DNA from: a virus
IMG/VR virus record: IMGVR_UViG_3300044825_000904
Location: 32,001-96,000 of that record
DNA: 64,000 nucleotides
Direction: 5' to 3' (one strand)
Shown in pieces: positions 51,754 through 59,520 of this stretch. The notes beneath the pieces are model-generated. The model was not told where the DNA came from. It was given only the letters and a program-made list of their open reading frames with translations, and searched no databases. Both the position numbers and the translations under genes were made by a program. Numbering within the stretch: position 1 is the first letter of the stretch; the number at the start of each line of letters is the position of its first letter.

Positions 51754-51820
51754 AAGGTGTATATTCTTATTATACAGCGTTTAAACCTACATTTTACCCT
51801 GTTTTATATCTTATATCCTT

Positions 51821-51839
51821 ATTTAGAACCGTTATAAAT
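51821..51839. promoter_or_regulatory. Fur-box-like palindrome 5
   Basis: ATTTAGAACCGTTATAAAT, 11 bp upstream of the -33 element. Confidence 0.6.
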
Positions 51840-51850
51840 TAGCATTAATA

Positions 51851-51882
51851 TTTGTTTACATTAATTAACTGCATTAAGTTTG
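51851..51882 (+). promoter_or_regulatory. Bacteroidota sigma-A promoter (early)
   Basis: TTTG (51851)-N20-TAAGTTTG (51875). Confidence 0.75.
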
Positions 51883-51905
51883 TCTCAACAAAAACGGTAA
51901 ACGAT

Positions 51906-52070
51906 ATGAAAAATACAGAAAAAACACAATTGTTTTGGGTAGCAGGTGATCACGTTAAAGGCTTTAAAATTCACACTAAGCAGCCCCGCCATAAATTTGT
52001 AAGAGAGCCTTTTAGCTCTCGCGAAGCTTGCCAAAGATTTATTGCATTGGAATATTTATTAAACGCTTAA
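51906..52070 (+). CDS. Early hypothetical protein (ATG 51906)
   Basis: MKNTEKTQLFWVAGD, directly after the promoter. Confidence 0.55.
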   Translation: MKNTEKTQLFWVAGDHVKGFKIHTKQPRHKFVREPFSSREACQRFIALEYLLNA

Positions 52071-52088
52071 CTAAACAAAATTACTAAT

Positions 52089-52199
52089 ATGAAAAATTAC
52101 AAACCTTTTGAAATTGTTTTGATCTATTCTTTTGCGGCTGTTGCCTTTTTTATGGTTATCGCTGCAGCTTCACAAATTCTTAACATTTTAAACTTTTAA
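52089..52199 (+). CDS. 36-aa hydrophobic peptide
   Basis: MKNYKPFEIVLIYSFAAVAFFMVIAAASQILNILNF. Confidence 0.45.
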   Translation: MKNYKPFEIVLIYSFAAVAFFMVIAAASQILNILNF

Positions 52200-52203
52200 T
52201 CTT

Positions 52204-52329
52204 ATGAAATTCTTATCAAACTTATTAACGGCCCTTTCAGGTGAACCAATGGAGGCCCAAACAAACGAAATGCTTTTCGCTTCGCTTACTGTATTTATTA
52301 CTTTATTAATCCTTTCTATAAACTTTTAA
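52204..52329 (+). CDS. 41-aa peptide with hydrophobic C-terminus
   Basis: MKFLSNLLTALSGEPMEAQTNEMLFASLTVFITLLILSINF. Confidence 0.45.
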   Translation: MKFLSNLLTALSGEPMEAQTNEMLFASLTVFITLLILSINF

Positions 52330-52340
52330 AATTTACAGCT

Positions 52341-52784
52341 ATGAACAATTTCAATAAATACGGATACATTGAGGACTTACAAGACCTTTTATTACAGGCT
52401 ATTTTAGACAATGATTTAGATAGAGCCGATTATATTGGTGATCATATTGCAGCGGACCTAGACAATCAAGTAATATATTATCAAGATTGCTTTGAGATTG
52501 CTGAAGCCTTAAGCCTTACAAGTTTTACAGGCTATGAACTGGGAGACGCTACCAATATTTCACAATTAGCCTATTTCGGTTTATACGAGTTTATTAATGA
52601 GGAACTAGACTATAATTTTATAGAAAACGCAATAAATGCAAAGGAGGATTTTGATATCTGGGCCGCTTCTGATAATTGCATAAACATACCAGGGGGATTG
52701 ACTCAAACCCAGTGCACCCAATACGGCAAAAATTTCACCTTTTTAGAATTATTTAAATATTACTTACAAGAATACGCAAATTAA
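52341..52784 (+). CDS. Very acidic early protein (possible DNA mimic)
   Basis: Asp/Glu-rich, aromatic; VIYYQDCFEI segment; function by inference only. Confidence 0.45.
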   Translation: MNNFNKYGYIEDLQDLLLQAILDNDLDRADYIGDHIAADLDNQVIYYQDCFEIAEALSLTSFTGYELGDATNISQLAYFGLYEFINEELDYNFIENAINAKEDFDIWAASDNCINIPGGLTQTQCTQYGKNFTFLELFKYYLQEYAN

Positions 52785-52829
52785 CATTTTAACAAACCTT
52801 TATTTTATCACACTTAACACACAAAAAAA

Positions 52830-53393
52830 ATGAAAGCATTAAACCTTATTTGCAGCAAAAACGAGCCATTTCGTCCACAAATGGAATACATTAGACTATT
52901 AAACGGTAATTTTTACGCTACGGACGCTATTATCTTAATTAAAGTACCTTTTTACGAGGTGATCCCGAGGCCATTATTTGACGAACTTACGGCCCATTTT
53001 GGCGACGAAATGTATTTCAGTGCTCAAAATTGGAAAGATGCAAAAGTAGAAAAGGGCTGTATTTTTAAATTTAAGCCTGAATGTGATTTAATTGAAATTT
53101 TCGACAATAAAAAAAGCCTGGGATTTTTACAGGTTCATAAATCTAGCGATTTTGAGAAATTATACAGCCGTTTTCCTAATTGTGACCAGGTCCTACACAC
53201 AAGCGAAGCACAAACAGAAAGTTTAGAAAGTGTTTCTATTAATCCTGATAAATTAGGGGCTTTATATAGTGCCATGGGCAAAAAAGATATTAAACTAACT
53301 TTTTACGGCCCAGGTAAGGCTATAAAGGCTAATTTTAGAGAAAGCGAAGCCCAGGCCGTAATTATGCCCATTACATTAAATAATTTCGAATAA
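52830..53393 (+). CDS. Truncated DNA polymerase III beta-clamp-like protein
   Basis: RPQMEYI...YATDA, RFPNCDQV, SINP..L, AVIMP resemble clamp domains 2-3. Confidence 0.55.
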   Translation: MKALNLICSKNEPFRPQMEYIRLLNGNFYATDAIILIKVPFYEVIPRPLFDELTAHFGDEMYFSAQNWKDAKVEKGCIFKFKPECDLIEIFDNKKSLGFLQVHKSSDFEKLYSRFPNCDQVLHTSEAQTESLESVSINPDKLGALYSAMGKKDIKLTFYGPGKAIKANFRESEAQAVIMPITLNNFE

Positions 53394-53621
53394 ATGCAGC
53401 GTTTCACAGTAAGGCCCAGCGATCAAATTATAGTAATTTGTCGCTACAGGGGGGAGATTATAGACAAAAACCGTTATTTTGGCTATAAATCCATAACAGA
53501 AATAAAAGAAAGCTTTTTAGCTTGCCTACCTGTAGAATTCAAGAATACAGGTAAAAGAATAGAATTAACCTTTTTTAATGTTAATCGAACAGTTACAAAA
53601 TACGTAAATACATTTAGTTAA
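53394..53621 (+). CDS. Hypothetical protein
   Basis: Abuts previous gene; followed by terminators. Confidence 0.55.
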   Translation: MQRFTVRPSDQIIVICRYRGEIIDKNRYFGYKSITEIKESFLACLPVEFKNTGKRIELTFFNVNRTVTKYVNTFS

Positions 53622-53625
53622 AATT

Positions 53626-53723
53626 AGGGCCTCTTTGGCCCTTTTTTTATAGACTCTATTTTATTGCAGTTTATTAAGGCCCTTTTAGGGCTTTATTTAT
53701 TTAGGCCCTGTTTAGGGCTTTTT
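53626..53723 (+). terminator. Three tandem GGCCC/GGGC hairpin terminators
   Basis: AGGGCC-TCTTT-GGCCCT-T; AAGGCCCT-TTT-AGGGCTTT; AGGCCCT-GTTT-AGGGCTTTTT. Confidence 0.7.
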
Positions 53724-54000
53724 ACGTTTCTGGGGTATTCCTATTACTGCCCAGGTTTAAACCCTGCAGGATCAAAGGAAAGAGCCCAGGACAAACCAAT
53801 TAAACCAGGATAAACCCTGGACCAATTGCAAGGTATTACCAGGGCTTCAATACTTTGAATTTAAGGCCCTAAAATACACTAGCCTAATAAATTACACGTT
53901 AAAAACATTTTAAACGCTTACAAGCAAAATAAACCCTGTTAGGGGGCAAAATTTAGATTAATATGAGAGAATACAAAACCAGTACAGGACCAAAATCACT

Positions 54001-54019
54001 ATTTAGAATGTTTCTAAAT
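54001..54019. promoter_or_regulatory. Fur-box-like palindrome 6
   Basis: ATTTAGAATGTTTCTAAAT. Confidence 0.65.
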
Positions 54020-54236
54020 AAGCAAAAAATGACAAGTCATAATTCTCAGGGAATTGGGGAAAAAGTGGGCGAACTCCCGAGAGCAAAAAAAGCTGATAGT
54101 CCTGGCCGAAATTTGGAGCAAATCGGTTTTTCCCTGGTGATTTTTGTGATCGCCTTGGTGGGAACTTTCATTTTTGTTTGGTATACAGCTCTTAAACGCA
54201 ATCTTTGAAAATCTTTTTAAAAATAACGAATAAATG

Positions 54237-54269
54237 TTTGCAACTATGAATAATAAATGTTTACATTTG
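54237..54269 (+). promoter_or_regulatory. Bacteroidota sigma-A promoter
   Basis: TTTG-N21-TACATTTG. Confidence 0.7.
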
Positions 54270-54290
54270 TCAAATCAAAATGACAACAAA

Positions 54291-54476
54291 ATGCCAAGAA
54301 TAAAAACAGTAGAAAATAAGAGAAAAGCTGGGAGACCAAAACTAGCTCCTTCGACCACAGTTTCCTTCAGAATTCCGATTCATTTAAAGAATCAAGTTGA
54401 GAATAGATATGGGAAACATTGGCCACAAATTTTCAAAGACTTTATAGCCGTTTTATTGGCTGAAGATAAGGGTTAA
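54291..54476 (+). CDS. Small DNA-binding protein (AT-hook plus ribbon-helix-helix-like)
   Basis: RKAGRPK followed by TTVSFRIPIHLKNQV. Confidence 0.55.
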   Translation: MPRIKTVENKRKAGRPKLAPSTTVSFRIPIHLKNQVENRYGKHWPQIFKDFIAVLLAEDKG

Positions 54477-54572
54477 AAACAGTGATTAATAAAGGTGTAG
54501 TGCAGTAAAATTTGAAAATTTTTTTTTCCTATTTTCTAAATTTATCACTTTTTGGAAATTTTATTTTTGGGT

Positions 54573-54917
54573 ATGAAACAAATAATCTATGGCCAAGTGC
54601 CAAGTAAGTCTAATGGTTACAGAATGTCTGGACACTTTATGTACAAGAAGAAAGCTGTAATTGATTACGAAGAATCGTTTTACTTGCAATGTGTGCAATA
54701 CCGAGACTTAGAGCACAAAGGATTTTTTGAGTTATACCTAGATGTGTACTTCCAAAGCAATAGAAGCGATATAGATGGTAGTTTAAAGATTATCCTAGAT
54801 ACACTTCAAAAGAAGGTAAAAGCCTTTAAGAATGACAACAAATGCGTTTTACTCCACGTTAGAAAAGGAGTTGATAAAATTACCCCAAGAATAGAATTTG
54901 AATTGAAGTTTTTATAA
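54573..54917 (+). CDS. rusA: RusA-like Holliday junction resolvase
   Basis: GQVPSKSN, SDIDGSLKIILDTLQ, NDNKC, PRIEF. Confidence 0.8.
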   Translation: MKQIIYGQVPSKSNGYRMSGHFMYKKKAVIDYEESFYLQCVQYRDLEHKGFFELYLDVYFQSNRSDIDGSLKIILDTLQKKVKAFKNDNKCVLLHVRKGVDKITPRIEFELKFL

Positions 54918-55048
54918 TATTAAAGAATTTACTTGTTTAAATATACGACTGTAAATATTGGCATTGAGGTTCTTAGTCGTATAACCCTCGGTACACGGTT
55001 TGCCACTGCAAGGCCACAAGTAATGACAGCTGGAAAGACAGCATATTT

Positions 55049-55122
55049 GGACTTATAGCTCAGATGGTTAGAGCAGGTCGCTCATAACGACAAGGTCACA
55101 GGTTCGACTCCTGTTTGGTCCA
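55049..55122 (+). tRNA. tRNA with CAU anticodon (probably Ile2, otherwise elongator Met); CCA not encoded
   Basis: GGACTTA acceptor, TAGCTCAGATGGTTAGAGC D-arm, GTCG-CTCATAA-CGAC anticodon arm, ACAGG-TTCGACT-CCTGT T-arm. Confidence 0.9.
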
Positions 55123-55145
55123 CTAACAATTAATTTTTAACAACT

Positions 55146-55532
55146 ATGATGACAAAAGAGCAATCACACAATTACCTAACTTATTATGCCCTATGCAACT
55201 TCATGACCGACTTCGTTGATGAGAAATGGGTACACAGTTCCTACAATGTTAGGAAGGTTAAGCTATTAACAAACCAGTTAAAGCAAGAATTAGAAAAATC
55301 AGTTGATCACGTTTTTACCAATAAAAATACCGATGGTGTTGATATGGGTAATGTATTGGAGCAATTTGTAAATGCTGCTAATGTTATGCACTTCTTCTTT
55401 AAAATTGGTTTATTCCTAGATGAAATGCCATACGATAAGAAGCATGAGCTTAATAAGCGAATCAATGATTTATTATTAGAGTATAACATAATTTTAACAA
55501 CAGATATTAATACAAATGGACTCAATAGTTAG
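55146..55532 (+). CDS. Hypothetical protein
   Basis: ORF in operon. Confidence 0.55.
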   Translation: MMTKEQSHNYLTYYALCNFMTDFVDEKWVHSSYNVRKVKLLTNQLKQELEKSVDHVFTNKNTDGVDMGNVLEQFVNAANVMHFFFKIGLFLDEMPYDKKHELNKRINDLLLEYNIILTTDINTNGLNS

Positions 55533-55875
55533 TGAAATTATTCAGCAATATCAGATTAGAGCTGAATTTGGTGAGAAAAAATATGGTGTTACTCTTGATA
55601 GAGAGGATTTATCCATAGAAGATTGGATAGAACACGCTAAACAAGAAGCAATGGACTTTACATTGTACCTAGAAAAGTTGAAGAAAGTGCTTGCTTCTGG
55701 TAATTATCCAGAATTAGGTAATATCGAAGCATCACATGAGACTAAAAATAGAATTATCTATAATCTTAACAGGGTTATAATGTCTCAAGAAGATGAAATT
55801 AAAGGCTTAAAAGCCGAAATTGACGAATTAAAAAAGGAATTACACAACAAAACTAAACGTGCTTGGCATCATTAA
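55516..55875 (+). CDS. Conserved phage all-alpha (MazG/dNTP pyrophosphatase-like) protein
   Basis: RAEFGEKKYGVTLDREDL...WIEHAKQEAMDFTLYLE. Confidence 0.45.
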   Translation: MDSIVSEIIQQYQIRAEFGEKKYGVTLDREDLSIEDWIEHAKQEAMDFTLYLEKLKKVLASGNYPELGNIEASHETKNRIIYNLNRVIMSQEDEIKGLKAEIDELKKELHNKTKRAWHH

Positions 55876-55876
55876 T

Positions 55877-56308
55877 ATGGAAACAGTATTTAAAAAAGGT
55901 GATAGAGTATATGATGCCATGTTAGGTTGGGGAGAAATTATTGATTTTAATTATTTAAAGCGTTATTTTAATGTTTTATTTGACACAGGAACAAGTATTT
56001 ATTATTGTGAAGATGGAGCATTATACGATTATGAAAATAGAAATCAATTTAAACCTACCTTATCCTTCACCGAATACACACTTGAAGGATTTAGTCAAGA
56101 ATGGCCAGAAGAATTACCTAATATAGGTGATGTAGTTTGGGTAAGAGATCACGATAAAGATTTTTGGATTGTATCCCATTTTATAAAAAAAGTAGATAAT
56201 AAATATATAGTTTCTAATAACAATCCATTTACATATAGCTATACAGAATATGATGAATGGAATTTTATGACAACAAAAAACCCTTATACAAATGAAGGCA
56301 GCATTTAG
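55877..56308 (+). CDS. Hypothetical protein (Bacteroidota phage type)
   Basis: FKKGDRVYD...GWG, PTLSFTEYTLEGFSQE. Confidence 0.55.
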   Translation: METVFKKGDRVYDAMLGWGEIIDFNYLKRYFNVLFDTGTSIYYCEDGALYDYENRNQFKPTLSFTEYTLEGFSQEWPEELPNIGDVVWVRDHDKDFWIVSHFIKKVDNKYIVSNNNPFTYSYTEYDEWNFMTTKNPYTNEGSI

Positions 56309-56474
56309 ACAGTATTTAGAAGATTTAGAAGGTGGTAAAGTGCGATCAGAGGATTATTACCTTGAGTTAGAAGAAGAAATTATTAATATCGCTTACGATG
56401 CTGGTTTTAGGGATGGAATAAGCCCTGCAGAAGAATTTAATAACGATTACTTTAACTCAAATTATTTAGAGTAA
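56292..56474 (+). CDS. Hypothetical protein
   Basis: EEIINIAYDAG; stop codon lies inside box 7. Confidence 0.5.
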   Translation: MKAAFRQYLEDLEGGKVRSEDYYLELEEEIINIAYDAGFRDGISPAEEFNNDYFNSNYLE

Positions 56475-56482
56475 TTCTAAAT
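56464..56482. promoter_or_regulatory. Fur-box-like palindrome 7
   Basis: TT-ATTTAGAGTAATTCTAAAT-AA. Confidence 0.65.
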
Positions 56483-56515
56483 AACATTAATTTTTGAAAA
56501 TATTTTTAAATATTA

Positions 56516-56545
56516 TTGTAAACAATAAATAACATACTACATTTG
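56516..56545 (+). promoter_or_regulatory. Bacteroidota sigma-A promoter
   Basis: TTG-N19-TACATTTG. Confidence 0.65.
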
Positions 56546-56567
56546 TATCACACAAAACAAAAATATT

Positions 56568-56798
56568 ATGGAAGAAAACTTAAAATTATTTAACTGGGAG
56601 TTAGAACGTATTGGTATAACCAAGGAAGACTTCTGGATTTTATCTATTTGGAAGAATCAGCCAGCAACTGCACAGGCTGAATATAGGGCTTCCCTAGCAG
56701 TAAAATTTATTAAATGTGGATATAATAGTAGGGTTAATCCTAGTGGTTCTGTCACTTTTACTCATCCTCAAAACAAGTTTGAATTTACATTATCCTAA
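56568..56798 (+). CDS. Hypothetical protein
   Basis: First ORF after promoter. Confidence 0.55.
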   Translation: MEENLKLFNWELERIGITKEDFWILSIWKNQPATAQAEYRASLAVKFIKCGYNSRVNPSGSVTFTHPQNKFEFTLS

Positions 56799-56810
56799 AC
56801 AATAATTATT

Positions 56811-57047
56811 ATGGGAAGACCTAAAAAACCAGTAATTCCTACTGTAGACCCAAAGGAAGTTATTTATTATTATGCTTCATCCGAAGCGATTTTAAATTCT
56901 CATGATGAGATTTATCCAGAACCTACTATTGATAAAGCAATAAGCTATTTAAGAGAGCAAGAAGATGAATTAGACCATGTTTTTATATTTGAAATAAAAA
57001 TGAAAGGTCATTATAAAACTACATTTACTTTAGAAGAAATTAAATAA
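56811..57047 (+). CDS. Hypothetical protein with GRPKK N-terminus
   Basis: AT-hook-like start. Confidence 0.5.
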   Translation: MGRPKKPVIPTVDPKEVIYYYASSEAILNSHDEIYPEPTIDKAISYLREQEDELDHVFIFEIKMKGHYKTTFTLEEIK

Positions 57048-57058
57048 ACAATAAAATT

Positions 57059-57697
57059 ATGGCAATTATCGCAAAATCAAGTGGATCAAATTATCCAAAA
57101 CAAGTTACACCTGCAGGCTCTCACGTTGCTAGATGCTACGGAATGATTGAAGTAGGTACAGAAGAAACAGAATACAAAGGTGAGAAGAAAGTAGGACACA
57201 AAGTGATTGTAGACTTTGAATTACCTTTAGAAACTGCTGTATTTCGTGAAGGAGAGGCTGAGAAGCCCTTTGTTATCTCTAAGGAGTATAATCTATCATT
57301 CCACGAAAAAGCTACGCTTAGATTGCATTTAGAAGCTTGGAGAGGAGCAACATTTACAGATGAGGAGGCTAAGAACTTTGACATTACTAGATTAGTGGGC
57401 AAAGCTTGTATGCTTAACATTACTCACAAGAAGTCTGCCGATGGCACTAAGACTTATGCTAACATTAACAGTATTTCTCCTATTCCTAAGGGTTTAACTT
57501 GTCCTGATCAGGTAAATCCTACAAGAATCTTATCTTATTCAGATTGGAATCAAGAAGTTTTTATGGGTTTACCCGAATGGTTAGCTAAAAAGATTACTGC
57601 AACTCCAGAATTTAATGAGAAGTTTGGTGTTTTACCTGATAATTCACCTAATCTTGATTTAGTAGCTGAAGACCCAAGTGATGCACTTCCATTCTAA
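57059..57697 (+). CDS. Putative single-stranded DNA-binding protein
   Basis: PAGSHVARCY, LVGKACMLNI, YANI and acidic D..DALPF tail. Confidence 0.65.
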   Translation: MAIIAKSSGSNYPKQVTPAGSHVARCYGMIEVGTEETEYKGEKKVGHKVIVDFELPLETAVFREGEAEKPFVISKEYNLSFHEKATLRLHLEAWRGATFTDEEAKNFDITRLVGKACMLNITHKKSADGTKTYANINSISPIPKGLTCPDQVNPTRILSYSDWNQEVFMGLPEWLAKKITATPEFNEKFGVLPDNSPNLDLVAEDPSDALPF

Positions 57698-57984
57698 TGA
57701 AAAGAGAGACTAATTTTCTCCTAAGAGTAGTTCAAAAGAATCTAAATAGGAGAGCCTTAATTACCTATAAGCTAGGTAAAGGTTTAGAAAGCATAGAAGC
57801 TGTAGTTTTAGGATATACAGATTCATTAATTTGTTTGAGAATTAAGCATCCAAAGCCTTTTATTAATAATTCTTTGATGATTATAGAAGAAAATCCTGTA
57901 ACAAAGAAAAAAGAAAGACTTCCTAAGCTTGTACAGGAGATGCTCATTCCAATAAGTAACATAACTGAATTTATATTATTATGA
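57697..57984 (+). CDS. Hypothetical protein
   Basis: Translationally coupled (TAATG). Confidence 0.5.
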   Translation: MKRETNFLLRVVQKNLNRRALITYKLGKGLESIEAVVLGYTDSLICLRIKHPKPFINNSLMIIEENPVTKKKERLPKLVQEMLIPISNITEFILL

Positions 57985-58187
57985 TAGATATAGAATTATC
58001 AAGGGGTGAAACCCTTACAGAAGTCTATCAAAATATAGCAGATAGGCTTAATGAAAAAGGAAAGATTCCATTTAGAGCACGAAAATATACTCAAGCTATA
58101 GTTCATAGCCATGTGTACAAAAGAATCTTTGACAATCAAATAGAAGAAGAAATAAACATAATTAAAGATGAACGAAGAAATAATTGA
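57981..58187 (+). CDS. Hypothetical, possible HTH
   Basis: QNIADRLNEKG. Confidence 0.45.
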   Translation: MIDIELSRGETLTEVYQNIADRLNEKGKIPFRARKYTQAIVHSHVYKRIFDNQIEEEINIIKDERRNN

Positions 58188-58365
58188 TAAGGAGTTTTGG
58201 GAATCACATCAACTAATGCTTTCTAGTCATTACTGGGATTACACCTTTGCAATGCTTGAGTTTATGATGAATGATGTTTATCCTTCTGATTTTAGGGAAT
58301 TTTCTCCCGATGGAGTAGTAAAAGATTATTTTAAGAATAAGTTTAAAATTACAGCAAGACAATGA
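58168..58365 (+). CDS. Hypothetical protein
   Basis: Overlapping operon ORF. Confidence 0.5.
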   Translation: MNEEIIDKEFWESHQLMLSSHYWDYTFAMLEFMMNDVYPSDFREFSPDGVVKDYFKNKFKITARQ

Positions 58366-58601
58366 CACCTAAAGAAAAAGCTGAACAATTGTTTAATAAA
58401 TTTAACAGTGCGTTAATTGATGAAATTAAACATAATGCTGCTAGAAATTTTGCATCATTTAATTGTGCTTTAATTGCAGTAGATGAGATATTGTTTTCTG
58501 GAGTACACAAGGATAACTATTATTTAGATAAATCTCTTGGCTATACAATTACTTTTCAAGAGTATTATCAAGAAGTTAAACAAGAATTAATAAAACTATG
58601 A
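58362..58601 (+). CDS. Hypothetical protein (common Bacteroidota phage family)
   Basis: MTPKEKAEQL...CALIAVDEIL...YYQEVKQEL. Confidence 0.6.
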   Translation: MTPKEKAEQLFNKFNSALIDEIKHNAARNFASFNCALIAVDEILFSGVHKDNYYLDKSLGYTITFQEYYQEVKQELIKL

Positions 58602-59338
58602 CACACGATCAAATCATACAAGCGTTAAAAGATGACAATGAATATTATAATGGCTTAGGTAGAAGCTACTTGTCTAATTCTGACATTGGAGTTTTACTTA
58701 ATAACCCTGTAATGTTTAAGAAGAAGTCTGAAAAGACTTTAGCAATGCTACAAGGAAGTTATTTTCATACAGCTTGCTTAGAGCCTCACAAACTAAAATC
58801 ATTCCCTTTAGTTGATGCCTCCACAAGAACTACTAACATTTACAAGGATGCTTGCAAAGAATGCAATGAGCCTTTTATGTTATTGCTTAGGGAAGCTGAA
58901 GAAGTAGATGAAATGGTTAAAGCACTAAGAGCTAATACTGATTTATCTAAGCTAGTTTGGGATAGTGGTATTAAATACGAAGTGCCAGCAATTGGTGAAA
59001 TTGAAGGTTTACTTTGGAAAGGTAAGGCTGATATCATTAATGGAGACTTTATCTACGATTTAAAGACTACAACTTCATTAGATGACTTTAAGTATTCCGC
59101 TAAGAAGTATAATTACGATTCTCAAGCATTTATCTACAATCATCTATTTGGTAAGGAATTAGCCTTTATTGTTATTGAAAAAGGCTCTAATCGCTTAGGT
59201 TTCTTTGAATGTTCCGATGAATTTATGGAATCTGGAAGAATGAAAGTAGAACACGCTATGGGTATGTATCATTTATACCATGGTCCTAATGCTACAAGAG
59301 ATGTTAATCAATATTATGTATCTAAAGTTTTATTCTAA
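58598..59338 (+). CDS. PD-(D/E)XK exonuclease (DUF3799/RecE-like)
   Basis: LSNSDI, GSYFHTACLEP, KGKAD, DLKTT, YDSQAFIY. Confidence 0.85.
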   Translation: MTHDQIIQALKDDNEYYNGLGRSYLSNSDIGVLLNNPVMFKKKSEKTLAMLQGSYFHTACLEPHKLKSFPLVDASTRTTNIYKDACKECNEPFMLLLREAEEVDEMVKALRANTDLSKLVWDSGIKYEVPAIGEIEGLLWKGKADIINGDFIYDLKTTTSLDDFKYSAKKYNYDSQAFIYNHLFGKELAFIVIEKGSNRLGFFECSDEFMESGRMKVEHAMGMYHLYHGPNATRDVNQYYVSKVLF

Positions 59339-59520
59339 TGGCACAAATTATTCACGCTGATGGCTCAATTATTGACCAAGATCAAAAACGTAATGAATTG
59401 GGTTATACAATCCAAGAAGCCTGGACACACCAAGCTAAAATGTTAAAAGAGGCTTACAGATTTTTAAAACTAACCAATGCAGAGAAAAGCAATAAAAACA
59501 GACAGAACAGAGTGTCCTAA
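59338..59520 (+). CDS. Hypothetical protein
   Basis: Coupled ORF. Confidence 0.45.
   Translation: MAQIIHADGSIIDQDQKRNELGYTIQEAWTHQAKMLKEAYRFLKLTNAEKSNKNRQNRVS

Larger units (their letters stand above)
50630..51900. other. Non-coding strand-switch region (divergent promoters; possible origin or genome end)
   Basis: No credible ORF; GTATAC repeats, C-tracts, purine tract 51460-51524, palindromic boxes. Confidence 0.7.

Noticed and set aside
50630-51900. CRISPR or mini-array
   Set aside because: Repeats are short, irregularly spaced and palindromic, with no constant repeat-spacer period
53963-54208. 81-aa ORF from the track
   Set aside because: Lies after triple terminators, overlaps a palindromic box and has atypical composition; probably non-coding
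54965-54990. Bona fide preQ1-I riboswitch
   Set aside because: A-rich 3' tail and P2 partner are absent and no queuosine gene follows; kept only as a generic structured-RNA candidate
1-56484. A single iron regulon linking module A iron proteins (RNR, ferritin-like, 2OG-Fe, BAHT) to the Fur-like boxes
   Set aside because: The boxes are in module B and the iron proteins in module A, which are probably different genomes
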